From Nymphaea colorata (lineage: Eukaryota), in assembly GCF_008831285.2 (NCBI RefSeq), contig NC_045138.2, positions 19,778,001 through 19,842,000 of the forward strand: 64,000 nt of DNA. The letters run 5' to 3'. A program made the position numbers and the translations under genes. The notes beneath the pieces are model-generated. The model was not told the origin of the DNA. It saw only the letters and a program-made list of their open reading frames with translations, and searched no databases. Of this stretch, positions 14,363 through 28,312 are shown in pieces (position 1 is the stretch's first letter; every line of letters starts with the position of its first letter).

Positions 14363-14550
14363 ACCCCGATGGCTGGTAGTATACTGGGTGGCAAGGTGGT
14401 TCACCTTCTATAAGAACTCGTATTTGAATCATGGAGTGGTCGCTGTTACATCTCAGTGCGCTCCACCTTTGGATCGTTAAAGGTGCTGAAGCATGTTCTG
14501 TGAACCTAAGAGGGCGGGTACAAGAGTGAACAGTAACATCTCTTTAAGAA
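14363..14550 (+). mobile_element. Degenerate SINE copy related to 13105-13351
   Basis: TAGTATACTGGGTGGCAAGGTGGTTCAC...TTTGAATC...GGTCGCTGTTACATCTCAGTG aligns by eye with TAGATAACCTGGTAGCAACGGGGTTTAC...TTCAAATC...GGTCGCTATTGCATTCTGGTG. Ends approximate. Confidence 0.45.
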
Positions 14551-15426
14551 GTAGTGGAATGAACCATTCATAGTTTTTTTTTGTGAGAAACTAACAAGAA
14601 GAAATCTGCAAATTAGTTATCATACCCTGATGATGGTACCTTATTTTCATTCTGGCTTTTCCAAGTTGGAACGAAGGAGTCTTTAAGAGTTTTATTCTCA
14701 TAGTCTAAGCAATGCATATATGAAGCATCTCTGACGTGACAGAACAAAACAAGACGTGGGAGATATACGGCCGTTGTTCAAATCATCATCGACACTAAGT
14801 TTGACCATGTCATTGAAAGCTGTAGTTTTATTGGTGCAATCCTTTTTGTGCACCAGTGTGGATGAAAGGCTGCTGATCGATAGGCTCCCCTCCATGAATC
14901 TTGTGTACATAATACAGCAAATGAAACATTTACAAGATCCATTGCGTTAAACCAATCAAAACAAAACTTGGCAAACATAATTTTTGTTGCCTTAACCATC
15001 CGAACCCATAAACAGAAACAACCAAAAACAGGATTTGACAAGGTAATGTTCTTTCTGCCATCTTATATTCGTCTTTCTCTGCCCACCAAGAGCAACCTTC
15101 CTTCTAAAAGATCTTTCATGCGTCTTCTCCATCTACTATTGTTGGTGACAATAATGATCTTATGCTCCTCCGCCTTTTCTGAAGGACAACCTGTCCTCCA
15201 AGAGCTTCATTGACGATGTCCTTCCACCCCTGTTAATGAATTCACTATGCAGGAGTTTTCTTCATCCTTCCACCATACAGAACTGATGATTCTCCTGAAA
15301 TTTAGGATTTGAATAGTTCGACCTACCTCATGATCATTCACCACTCTACCTTGGCACGTACTCTATGTCCTCACTCATATTTTAGCAACTCTTTCTCCTA
15401 TTCGGAGTTACATATGCTGTTATAGG

Positions 15427-15955
15427 TAGGGGTGAACAACGAGTCCAGCTACTCGAGTTCGACTCGTTAAAGCTCGACTCGTGTACGAGTTCAAGCCAAG
15501 TCATTTGCTTAACGAGTCAAGCTCGAGTTCATGAGACAACTCGTTCAAATAATCGAGTTGAGTTTGAACTCACCATGTAACTACCAAGTCGAGCTTGAGC
15601 CTTAACCAAGTTTGTCGAGCTCGAGTCTAGTCGATCATTCAAATGAGTTTATGAGTTTGTCGAGCCTTAATCAGCTCAAGTTCGAACTCAACATGTAACG
15701 ATAAATGTCAATTTTGTTCAAATGAGTTTGTTGAGCCTTAATAGAGTCAAACTCGAGCTCAACACATAACTATGAATAGCAATTCTATTCAAAAGAGTTT
15801 GTCGAGCCTTAATCGAGTCGAGCTCGAGCTCAACACAAAACTGCTGAGTCGAGCTCGAGCCACTTCTGTCGAGCTATTTTTGAGCTCGAGGTTTCATTAG
15901 TCGAGCCGAGTTTGAGCTGACTAGACTTGAGCTCGACTCGACTCGTGTTCACCTC
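15427..15955. mobile_element. hAT-type MITE rich in CTCGAG/GAGCTC subterminal motifs (529 bp)
   Basis: Termini TAGGGGTGAAC ... GTTCACCTC; 8-bp TSD GTTATAGG at 15419-15426 and 15956-15963; internal repeats of about 70 bp. Confidence 0.85.
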
Positions 15956-16150
15956 GTTATAGGTATAATTGCAAGTCCTCCAAACTTAGGGGAAGACTTG
16001 TTGATACCTCCTCAAGGCAGTGTTTTCGTGGCACACACGGTTCCTTGTGCTCAAGAGTCAATTTGAACATTACTTCTCAACATTTTCTCAACCATTTGGA
16101 CTTAATTCTAATTTGATGCCAAAATTGAAATTCGCTCAAACTTTTGACAG

Positions 16151-16153
<3 letters not shown>

Positions 16154-16240
<87 letters not shown>

Positions 16241-16241
16241 A

Positions 16242-16277
<36 letters not shown>

Positions 16278-16281
16278 ATAT
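16154..16281. repeat. Compound microsatellite (TA)n(GA)n(TA)n
   Basis: Directly visible. Confidence 0.95.
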
Positions 16282-17393
16282 TTGTTAAGGAACTACAAAA
16301 CTCCGTCCTAAATATTTTTTTTTATTTTCTAAACTTCCTAAGCCTAAAAGGTGTTCCTCGTTTTTCTATAAATCTAAGACATGACACGCAAGGATTTGGT
16401 GATACTAAAAAGTAGACCTCGCCTTCTGATATTATTGCAAAAAAGAAAATCTGTCTTTTTGACAGTTAATAAAAAGATTCTTATTTCGTCAAAATTAATT
16501 ATTAAAAATAAGTTTTTTCACCTGCTAAGAAATATCATGAAAGTGTCGATTTATAATGAGATTTCTCTTGATAAATTTCTAACATTAAAAAAGAAAAAAC
16601 GATATTTCTCTTGCTAAATTTCTTTTGATGCCTACGCTTACTTGCCGCAGCAACGAGGAGGCCACAAGATAAGGGCAACCCTCTGGCGGGTCCGAGCCAG
16701 TTAGCGAATTCCGATACAATATGGAAAGACCGGTTTAGATCGAACCCGAATCATAAGATTGTTTCCACTTTAATCCTTTTGCGTGCGGTCCACAGGAAAA
16801 GACGGAATATTCGTTTGGTGACGGACACAAACGGAAGACCTTTAAATTAATAAAGCTGACAGGGCAACGGTGGGACCGACCTGTTTTTAATCTTGCCTAT
16901 GCAGCCGTCCATCTCGAAAATCTACGGCGGAGATCAAGCAGGCAATGGGCTTTTTGAACCAGATTCCCTGGGCTGTCCCTCGTACTGGCGTTCCACTGTT
17001 CTGGAAGCGCGGACATTCTAACTGGGCCCCATGTTTCAGTACAGTTTTTTATATGTTAATTTTTTTTTTTATTAAAAATGAAGCTGGTTGGCTCGAGCTC
17101 GGGCCCGGGCAGGCCAGATGCCCACCCTTGATGGCAAGACATACTAATATCCTTCATGGCAAGACATCCTAATATGAATCTTATATATATATGTGTGTTC
17201 TTTTGTAGAAAATAAATTATACTTTTTATATAAAATAACAAAATAACCACTCTTAAGTGACAAAAATATATTTTGTTGGCTTAAAAAAAAGTGATTCTCT
17301 GCACATTTATTTTTTTTTTATTTGTTCAAATTTAATATCTTATAAATCAGTTGAGCACCAATTTTGCTAACTTTTTTAGAAATTAGAGACTCA

Positions 17394-18020
17394 GGCCGTG
17401 TTTGGCTAACACGGCTAAACGGCCTTTCAGAGGCCAAACATCGTTTTCCATATGTTTGGGCGTCACCGAAACCAGGCTTTCAGTGAAAACTTGGTTTTCT
17501 TTGGTCCCAGATTTTTCACCGAAAACGCCTTTGTGCCTTCACGTCGACGTCCACAATTTTCCCATGGCTGCTTCACACATAAAAGATGAAGCACTTGTAT
17601 TTTCCATGTCCGTTTCCTTTTTTTTATTAGATTGAATTTCTCAATTTTTATATGGTGGCTATGTTTGCTAACAATGTTTGTTAACAAGATTGTCGATTTG
17701 CCTCAAGGGGCGACGCGTAGCTGGTCGAGCTAAGGGTTGGCATGTCCATAGTTCGATTTCCATTGGTGTTATGTTCATGTGTTTTAAGTTAGCAGGGCAC
17801 AACATTCAAGTTAAATGGTGCACCGTTGCTATTGTTGACACCGACACGGTTCAAGACTCCAGAAGCAAGGAGAATGGGAAGGCCTTCGGGCCTCTCTTTG
17901 AACGGTGAAATGAACCTCTCACTTCCTGTTTTCACCCAAACAGGAAAATCAGGTTTCTAAAACTTGGTTTAGAAAACTCGGTTTCCAAAAGACCCGGTTT
18001 CATGTTATCCAATATCCACT
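17394..18020. mobile_element. Probable PIF/Harbinger (Tourist-like) non-autonomous element
   Basis: Starts GGCCGTGTTTGG, typical of Tourist TIRs; GAAAAC/GTTTTC subterminal motifs at both ends. Right end and TSD not resolved. Confidence 0.4.
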
Positions 18021-19144
18021 CCGTTTTTATAAATTTTTTATTCAAATATTCACGTGTTCCACTTAAAGTGTTGTATATTTGATGTTTGGAAGATGGCTTT
18101 TCATTTTTCTGTTTCTTCTCACAGACAATTTGTTTGATTCGAACGTGACGTGACGATAAATAAAAAACTATCGTTTTTTCAAAATTAATGAACAATTTGA
18201 AAGAAATTTGAAAGGGTCACCCAAACAGTATATCCTTAACTTTTGATATGAAAAATATAAAAATACTCTCTCCGAATATCAATGTGTTTTATGATAGGCA
18301 ATTTTCATTTTGCATAAAAAAATCATCGTTTTTTATTTGCGAATTCCCCTTTGGGAGCCTGATTTGTCATTTCCCCTAACGTTAATTATTTTTAATAATT
18401 TTTTGCTGAAAGCATATTCACGTGTTCTTATTAGAGTCCACTTTGACGCCTTTGAGAAGTCCTTTCGGTGTCTTTTGTCGTAGAAAACTTTTCCACTTTT
18501 TTCTTCAAACAAACATTTTTTTGCAAAAAAGTTACTACTGTGTCGACTTTTACTACTCTATGGGAGAGGAGATGTGCATTTCATGCTAGCGAATCAAACA
18601 CGCCCTTGGAAAATTTTTGCAGACGCGCTTAAGGCTATATATATATATATATATATATTGGAATTACCAAGTTGTTGGAAGTTGTCAAAAAGTTAATTTT
18701 TTTAACCACGGTTGAAAATATAATAATATTCATTAAAATGTCATATATCATCACTACGTAATAATCTGTTGTTAATATCTTGAGGATAGTTTTTAATATT
18801 TAGTCAACATTTGATAGCTACTGATTTATATCAAGTACACAGAACACATAAAATAAAATATGTGCGAATAAACTACATGTTTTTTATGTGTTTTGTACAA
18901 AAGACATTTCTTTGTACATTCCCAAGAAAATTATCTTTTGAATTTATCATAGATTTACAATAGAAATTTACTAAATCAGTATAAGAAACAAAACAATTTT
19001 GAGAAACACGAGCTGCTGTTTCCTGACTCATTGTAATCAGATATTTTCAGGAATCACATTGGCATTTTGTGTCCTCATCCCCTGATCAAGGCCCGTTGGT
19101 TCCTATCAGCTGTAACCGGTACGATTCGAATCGGTGAGGTCAGG

Positions 19145-19153
19145 CCTATTTAA
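19145..19153 (+). promoter_or_regulatory. TATA-like box upstream of OMR1
   Basis: CCTATTTAA about 60 bp upstream of the ATG, followed by a CT-rich leader. Confidence 0.45.
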
Positions 19154-19206
19154 ATCCTCATGTTCTCCTGCAACCTTTACCTCCCTCTCTCTCTCGCTGT
19201 GTAGCA

Positions 19207-22200
19207 ATGGAGGCTCTCTCTTCCACTGGCATTCTCCATCAGCAGTTCCTTTCCATCTACCACGAAAATGGCGTTCCTCGCCGCTGTTTTCCTTCGAACA
19301 TCTCCCTCCTCACGTCGAAAGACGCCATTTTTGGCGCCACCCACGTTGAGAAACGCCGGTTTTTGGCGCCAGCCGTCGTCAAAGAGACGGAGCTCTCTCC
19401 AGTTGCCGTATCACCGGCACCTCTTACTCAGGAAAAGCCTCTTGTAACTTCCAGTCCCTTAAAGAAGGTGTCTTCTGAGTCGTTGCAGTATTCCAGTGGG
19501 TACTTGGGCGGGATTTCAGAGAGAACTAAGGCCGTGGAGGAGGAGGAAAGTGCGCCAAGCGCCATGGCCTACCTGACCAGCATACTTTCCTCCAGGGTCT
19601 ACGATGTCGCCATTGAAACTCCATTGCAGTACGCGACGAAGCTTTCCGAGCGCACCGGCGTCCACATCTGGCTCAAGAGGGAGGACCTGCAGCCTGTTAG
19701 TTTCTCGCCACCCCCTCTCTCTTGGCCTCGTTTGTTAATTAATTGTGGTTACATACTCCTTGTTGTGGTTGTACCACAACAGCCATGCCTTGTCATTCTA
19801 CGAATCTTGTTTTCACTAAGACTACTTAACATTTATTATCATTTTTTTTTAATTTGTTTGAGATATTTACCATAAATCTCTGTGTGGTTGTTTTTTCAGA
19901 ACGTTCAGAAGAAGCGATTTTTACCCATACAAATTTTCTCTAACTTGCTATTTCTTTTAAAATTTCAGTAGTTGGCTTTTGTCATATTTAAGATCCATGA
20001 ACTCAAAGCACCGTTGGGCTGTCCTATTTAGAACTCAGATTATTCATTTAATCAGCTTACTGAATCAATAGTGGGTCATGGAGAACGCCTGGAACTGCTT
20101 CTTCTTCTCATTTATCCGGATCAAGATGGTGGGAAAGGAACGCGGTGCCTGGTATCTGGTTTTGATTCTGAGCCACGGGAAAGAAATGAGAATGTAGAAT
20201 ACATATAGTTAAGACGAACATGTTAATGTCAAAGTTTTGTTTAAGTATCGAAGTTGGGAATTTTCATCAAATCAAGTTCATGGTTTAGACGCACAATTTA
20301 AGGTGAATGCTTGGGCTAATGAACACAGTTGGAACCTGCATTCTAGCAAAAGTGGTTCACGGAAGAACAGACTTCTTCCTGTTATACCATCCTAAGTTGC
20401 AGGCTTATAATCTCTTACCAATGGTATTTTTTCGTGCGGCTTTACAGGTCTTCTCTTTTAAACTTCGTGGAGCCTATAACATGATGGCCGGGCTTTCAAG
20501 AGAACAGCTGGACAGAGGAGTTATCTGCTCATCTGCTGGAAACCATGCCCAAGGTGTTGCCTTGGCTGCACAGAGATTGAATTGTCATGCAGTGATTGTT
20601 ATGCCCGTAACAACACCAGAAATCAAGGTTTTCTTTTGCGTTTTGATGCTCTATTGTGGGATTTGCTTTCACTTTAGTACTTGGCATGATTTTTGGTGCG
20701 CATCTATTTTAAAAGTCTTACCAGTACTGGAAAGGCATCCAATCATTTTAAACTCAAGGCAAGCCTTGATCTTGTGATGGAGGATCATCACCATAACCAA
20801 GGTTTTGACTCTGGATGCGGCAACATGAATCACCCGGTTCCAAGAGTGACCTTGAGGTGACACAGGGGCTGCTGAGTTGGTGTTAAATTCATTTCACCAC
20901 ATTTCTGATTGCAGTTTAAACCTCTCAAATTTCTGTTATACCAGAGATGATACCTGATTGGACATTTGTTTTCCACCTTAAGCATTTGAAATCTGAAACT
21001 TGGTTCTCTTTCTTTTTCCCTGAACTCAGTGGAAGTCAGTGAAACGTTTAGGTGCAACTGTGGTTCTTTTTGGGGATTCATATGATGAAGCACAAGCATA
21101 TGCTAAGCAGAGGTGTGAGCAGGAAGGGCGGACATTCATACATCCATTCGATCATCCAGATGTCATAGTGGGGCAAGGGACTATTGGAATGGAAATTGTT
21201 CGACAAGCAAAGGGCCCATTACATGCAATTTTTGTTCCTGTTGGTGGTGGTGGACTGATAGCTGGGATTGCTGCTTATATCAAGCATGTCAGACCAGAGG
21301 TGGAAAAATATAAAATTTATTTAGTGGGGCTATAATTTAAGCCAATCATCATGTTCAGTTTATTAATTTTTGTGAGCTTTGCTGCAGGTAAAAATAATTG
21401 GTGTTGAACCTTCTGATGCAAATGCAATGGCGTTATCCTTACATCACGGTCAAAGGGTTATATTGGAGAATGTTGGAGGTTTTGCAGATGGTGTGGCAGT
21501 TAAAATGGTTGGAGAGGCGACCTTTCGATTATGCAGGGAGTTGGTGGATGGAGTGGTTCTTGTTAATCGTGATGCCATATGTGCATCTATCAAGGTTACA
21601 GTTCTTTGCTTTATATAGTGCTTTCAGTAAATAGGTGCTGTACTTTTTCTTCTGAAAATGGTAAAATGTTTTATTTACCTTTTCTATCTAGAATTATTAA
21701 TTCAGCTGCTATATGTAATTATCCTTACTCTAACAGATATTTTCCTTTATGTCGAATCATCCGTGTGATCTCTGCAAGTGCAACCATTTGAATCATATGT
21801 TGTCTCTGTCAACTTCGTGTTGCAGGACGTGTTTGAAGAGAAGAGGAGCATTCTGGAACCTGCAGGTGCTCTTGCCTTGGCTGGAGCAGAAGCATACTGC
21901 AAGTACTATGGGCTAAAAGGTGAATCTGTGGTCGCCATAACCAGTGGAGCAAACATGAACTTTGATAGGCTAAGGCTTGTGACTGAGCTTGCTGACGTTG
22001 GTCGGAAAAAAGAAGCTGTCCTGGCTACCTTCATGCCTGAGGAAAAAGGAAGCTTTAAAAGATTCTGTGACCTGGTTAGCTTTTAAAAGAGATGTTTGTT
22101 TGTGCATTTCTATCCTCTTGTTGTAATGCATCAATAATGAATTGTCACCTGTCCATTTTTAGATTGGCCCAATAAATATAACCGAGTTCAAATACAGATA

Positions 22201-23320
22201 TGATAACACTAGAGAGGAAGCGCTGGTCTTGTACAGGTATAAAGTCCTTGGCTGTTACTGTTTCCTTTGCTTGTTTGTACAAGAAAATGGTGTATTCTTT
22301 CATGTGCCAAATTTGCTGATGAAATAAATGAGAGTTTGGACTCCATCAGTTTCTGTGTGATGAAACAAACTTTTAGCAATATGTTCTGTAGTTACAGAAA
22401 AATGCTATCTTGAATCGGGAGAAATACAACTCTTACTGAATTCTCCTTCATTGGCCTTGTTGTTTACAGTGTTGGTGTTCATGAAGTTTGTGAGCTTGAA
22501 GCAATGGTTGAACGCTTGGAATCTTCTCAGCTACGAACTATTGATCTTACGGACAATGACTTAGCTAAAGATCACCTACGCCATCTTGTAAGTATGTTGC
22601 TTCTGTGGTTTACCACTTTAATTGACATTAGTCTAACACAGTAATATTTTGTTTGTATTTTTCTAGATGGGAGGTCGGTCAAATGTGACAAACGAGATTC
22701 TTTGTAGATTTCTGTTTCCTGAGCGTCCTGGTGCTCTGATAAAATTCTTGAACACGTTCAGCCCACAGTGGAATATCAGTTTATTCCATTATCGAGCACA
22801 GGTTTTCCTCTAATGCTTGTGGATCATAATTTCTCCAACCTGACCAAGTTTAGATAATTGTGAACAATTTGTGCGTTTTATATGAAGTGGTGATTCATTG
22901 GTTAGCCTCTCTTGTATCTCAATTTTAAAATCATCAATGTCAATGGAGAATCCAGTTACTCGTTATGTCGATGATGGAGGCCCATAGGGCTATTTCTGTT
23001 CAGCTGACCCTCGTCCTAAAGTGCTCAGTTGTCACTAGCTCATCTTTGACCCAGTGGCGATCACACTTGTAGTTCACAGTTGATTAATTGGTTACCTTGC
23101 TTCTCATCTTTGACCCAGTGGAGATCACACTTGTAACTCACAGTTATTAACTAGTTACCTTGCTTTACCTTCTTTACAGGGTGAAATGGGTGCAAATGTA
23201 TTAGTGGGCATCCAAATTCCAGGTCCGGACATGGACGAATTCAGGGATCGTGCTAATGACCTCGGATATGAGTATGCTGTTGAGCTGACAAATGATGCTT
23301 ACAGGCTCTTGATGCAGTGA
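19207..23320 (+). CDS. OMR1: Biosynthetic threonine deaminase, chloroplastic (about 620 aa); exons 19207-19695, 20448-20627, 21030-21299, 21388-21594, 21826-22074, 22163-22236, 22470-22587, 22667-22801, 23180-23320
   Basis: Transit peptide-like N terminus; [18 protein letters not shown] (PLP lysine), [27 protein letters not shown]; two ACT-like regulatory repeats ([17 protein letters not shown]). All introns GT-AG and in frame. Confidence 0.97.
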
Positions 23321-23829
23321 GCTGAAAATATGGCTTCCTTTGTTTTTCCTTTCCATCTTAAGCAGCAAGCTTTTAGCCTTGCCTGTTGTTTGCCTCTGAT
23401 TGTAATAATCTAGTGTTGGAGGTAAAAGAAATTGGTGCCTGATCTGGAAACTAGTCTTAGGTTTTGTGTGGAGGCCCATAGGCTTTAATAATAATAATAA
23501 TAATAATCTAATTTTGGAAGCCAAAGGAAATTGGTGCTTGGTCTGGCGGCTAGCTTGCCACTGCTGCGGTACTGTTATTCTTCTTCACCTTTATTTTGTG
23601 TTATGAAGATGGTGGGGTGGAGCCGCATATTATCCACCAAATTCTCCTTAATATCACACTGATGGTGCAGCTATGATCCCCTATTTGATTGGGGATGCCA
23701 TGATCCTGCACTACTTATTTAGTGGTTTTCGCACAGTCCCCCATTGCTGTTATGCTTTGTCTATGTTATGCTTATGAACAGGTAAAATTGCGTTCCCTCA
23801 TGTTTTTAATTCAAGCCTTTAGCTCTTGT

Positions 23830-24137
23830 CCTTTCAATGTACTGTTTTATCACGTTAAATTCCAACGTCAAATTTGAAAAGGATATGACACAAAAAAACA
23901 ATATTTACCACGTTAAATACGTTAAATTCTTACTGTGCATCAAACATAGTTAAATTTACCATGTTAATTTCTTCATGTGCATCAAACATGGTTAAATTTA
24001 CCACGTTAAATTTTTCCTGTGCATCAAACAGAACCTCAGATTGAAAGAGAGAGAAATTTCATCCTGTAAATTTTTCCAGAAAAATTTATCATGGTAAATT
24101 TACTACGTTAAATTTCACCCGACAATCAAACAGGCCC
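23830..24137. mobile_element. Tourist-like MITE remnant with internal tandem repeats of about 41 bp
   Basis: Ends CAAACAGGCCC followed by TTA; repeated GTTAAATTTACCACGTTAAAT...TGTGCATCAAACA units. Left end not found. Confidence 0.45.
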
Positions 24138-24788
24138 TTAGGAACAAGATATTAATTTCTCTAAATTTTGTGGTAAATTCATGAAACAAGTACATATTGT
24201 ATTTAAAACTAAACAACTTCTAACTAACCAATGAGTAGTGTTGAATTTCTTGAAAACCGCCACAAAATCATAAAAACACGGGGTTCCAATGAACATAGTG
24301 TTCTTGTTACCAAATTCTGGTTTTGGACCCCACCGTGCCCATTTGATGATCATGGTTCTAATGTCCCCTCCGTGTTTAACATTACCAACGTACAGTATTT
24401 TGCGTCAAAATTCAAGGGTTTTCAGTTGAAAATGAAATAATTTTTTTAAGAGAACGTTGTAAAAGCAATCAAACAGAATGTTGCATCTTCCATCCATTTA
24501 TTCAGGTTTTGTGAATGCCCTTTGTGAAGACATTAAGTTTGTGTGGTGATGAAAGTCCTTGTAAACAAGCAGGCTACGCGGTACTATGGCGGACCGGCAA
24601 GTGTCTCGGATTTGGTTCGGTTAAATGTATCGAGTCGTATCGGGTACAAATGTGGTACCTCGTTTGATTCAAACAAAGCGGAGTGTTTCACCAGAACAGA
24701 ACAGAAGACTCTGCTGACTTGGTGAAATTGATACTTGTCTGATATTTGTTTTCTTCCTTTATATTTATACTTATTCTCTTAGTCTTAG

Positions 24789-25133
<345 letters not shown>

Positions 25134-26719
25134 GTAAGTTTTTTGCCTCTAACTTGGACTTGTGTTTTTGCTAAACTCCACAAGAATGTTACGGATGTGA
25201 AAGGGTGGAAGGTGCGATTTTGTTTCTTGAGATGCTTCATAAAAATAGGCACGGTGGTGAAAGTAAATCAGTGGAGTGCATGTGTGAATATGAAGCACTG
25301 TTACAAATTGCGTTTTTTCTAAAAACAACATTACGTTAAGAAAGAGAAAAATGGCAAAATTGTGAACATGTTTTTCTGAAAAAAAAAATGTTAAAACAAG
25401 TTTAGCACATTTTTTTTCACCTTTTTTGGGCAATCCTTTACTCCTTTTCATTTTTAATGTTAATATCATCATGGATTAAATTTTAAATTTAAATTAAAGT
25501 GTTCATAACCATTTTTATCATCAATAAAGGTCCAAAACATTGTTTTTATTATTTTGTCCAGTTATTATGCCTTATTATTAGTATCTATGTAATTTTAGGA
25601 TTTTTTAATTTTTTTCTTAAAGTTACCATGATTCTCATCTTATGGTGTCTATCTCAACTTTCTGATTTACAGTAATTCTGTTGATTATCTCATAATTCCT
25701 AGACCTTTTCATTTCTTTCCTGTTCACATTCTTTTGTTTGGTTGGATATTGTTTCTCATTTCCGTTCCTCTCCACATCTTGATAGGTAATTGATTGATTC
25801 AAAGTGTAGGAGCATTAGCATTTGTCATGGAATACATCTCATAAAGCAGCTCTCTTGGCTTAAGTCTCCACTGAAACCAACTTCCCCCGTGAACCAACGC
25901 CAAGTTGGAGTGTGTGATAAACGATGGTTGAATACTCTTTCTTTCTACTGTTAATCAAGCATCTTAGACGTTCCGCCATTACCAGAACCTGTTGGATTGC
26001 ACTTGCTGCAAGTAATAACAACATATATTTTATTAGTAAAAAAATTTATAATATATTTTATTATTAAAAATATTATAAAAAATATTTTAAAATATTTTTT
26101 ATTTTAACCATACAGAGCCGGGTCAAGCTAGATCTCGGATTTTAAGCATTTGATTGAATCCAAACCCGAATTTAGAGCGTCGGGCCGACCAGAGATGCGA
26201 GGCCTATTAAGAGCTCCTTCCCGTCGTTTCCAAACAACAGAAATATCGCCTCGACCGCGGGAACCAACTCTCCGATCCCCCAATCCAAACACGAGGCAAT
26301 AAATCCCTTGCTCCTCTCTTCCATCCCACACCCTTTTCTTCTTCTTCTTCTTCTTTTTTTCTCTCTCGATAAATTAGGGTTGCCGTGGGAGCTTCTGGTA
26401 CTTCCGCTTGTCCTTCTTCTCTGGTAAGCCAGCGTCTTTGTTCTTCCATTTTTGTTTGAGCTTTGTGTGTCTGTGTGCGTTTGCGCGCAACCGACTAAGC
26501 TTAGTGTGCGGATTTCATTGTTAGGGGCTATTTTCTTTCCTACACTTCTTTGGATTGGGAAGCTTCATCGAATAACTATTGGGAGGCTCAGACGCGAAGG
26601 AACCAGAGAGGGGTTGATCCTCCAATAAATTTCGTCGCCGTTGCCGACGGCGTTCGTGCTCCCTTACCGATTCGGCATCCGAGACTAGGGGTTTTTCGTA
26701 TCTTCGGTGATAGGCAACG

Positions 26720-28312
26720 ATGTCTGTAACAGCGGGAGTGAGCGACACGGTTATAGCGATCCGGGATAAACTCCGGGGGAAGATCGGCCAGACGAAGGTA
26801 AAGCGTTATTGGCCTGGAAGGGCGCCAGAATGGGCCGACGACGCGGAGGAGGAGGGCGATATCCGGACGACCGGAGCAATCACGCTCGAGAAGGCGTTCC
26901 CGCCCCGGGAAGATGAAGATAAGGCCAAGGCGAAGGATGATGCTCGGCTTCGGCGTCTCGCGGAGAGCCGAAAGGACCGTGAGGAGGCGATCGCAACGCA
27001 TCGCCGGATTCGTCAGGCTGAGATCATCTCGACGCAGGAGGAGGAGAAGAGGGCCCAGGAAGGACTGGAGCAAGAGGAGGAGGATGAGGACGCACTGGAG
27101 GAGCGTCGTCGGCGGATCCGCGAGAGGTTGCTGCAGCGGCAGAGGGAGGAAGCAGCTGCTGCAGCCGAGGAAGAATTGGAGGAGGAAGAAGAAGAGGAAG
27201 AGGAGGAAGAGGAGTCTGAATATGAGACAGATTCGGAGGAGGAGCAGGCGGGAATGGCGATGGTAAAGCCCGTCTTCATCCCGAAGGCAGAGAGGGACAC
27301 GATTGCAGAGCGAGAGCGGCTCGAGGCTGAGGAAAGGGCACTCGAGGAGCTTGCCAAGCGGAGGCTAGGCGAGAGAAAGATAGAAACAAAGCAGATAGTA
27401 GTGGAGGAGATCAGGAAGGAGGAGGAAATCAGGAAGAATGTAGAGGAAGAGGCCGGAAATATTGCCGATGTTGATACTGATGATGAGGTGAATGAGGCTG
27501 ACGAGTATGAGCAGTGGAAGACGAGGGAGATTGCAAGAATCAGGAGAGACCGCGAGGGCCGCGAGGCTTTGCTCAGAGAGAAGGAGGAGGTCGAGAAAGT
27601 GAGGAATATGACAGAGGAGGAGCGGCGCGAGTGGGAGAGGAAGAACCCGAAGCCTCTTCCTCCGCCGAAACAGAAGTGGAAGTTCATGCAGAAGTACTAC
27701 CACAAGGGAGCCTTCTTCCAGTCTGATGCAGATGATCTTACGGGCACTGCTGGAGCACAACAAATATACGCGCGTGACTTCTCAGCTCCAACTGGAGAGG
27801 ACAAGCTCGATAAGACCAACCTGCCCAAGGTGATGCAGGTGAAACACTTTGGCCGCAGTGGGAGGACCAAGTGGACCCATCTTGTTGCAGAGGATACAAC
27901 CGATTGGAACAACCCGTACGTGCCCTCTTGCACGAATTTTCTCTTATTTCTGTACTTCTAATCAATTTTTCTTTTCCTGCCTTCACTTTTATGTTGGTTC
28001 ATTTTTTCTCTTGAATTGGTTGAGGATTGCTTTGTCTTACATTTTGAGTTGTCCCGGTTCATGATTCTTGATTAAGTATTTGTTTCAATTGGAAGGCTCA
28101 GTCTCTTTTATTTTTTGTTTCAGTACTTTTATTTGTATTCCTTGTTTTCAGTTAAGGCATTCGACTGAAGTATCATTTTTCCTTTTATCCATTTTAGGTG
28201 GATGGCAAATGATCCTCTTCGAGCAAAATATAATGCAAAGATGGCTGGTATGAGTGCACCAATAAGCAAACCGAAAGGAAGCAAGAAATTGAAGGACTGG
28301 GGGTCCCGTTAA
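26720..28312 (+). CDS. MFAP1: Microfibrillar-associated protein 1 (spliceosome B-complex factor), about 436 aa; exons 26720-27915, 28198-28312
   Basis: [15 protein letters not shown]-rich helical region, [57 protein letters not shown]; exon 2 ends [13 protein letters not shown]. Confidence 0.95.

Noticed and set aside
22357..22439. Intronic C/D box snoRNA (GTGATGA...CTGA) in OMR1
   Set aside because: No terminal stem and no rRNA or snRNA antisense element that I can recognise.
27013..27687. 224-aa Ser-rich antisense ORF and other ORFs overlapping MFAP1
   Set aside because: Shadow frames of the GAG/GAA-rich MFAP1 exon.
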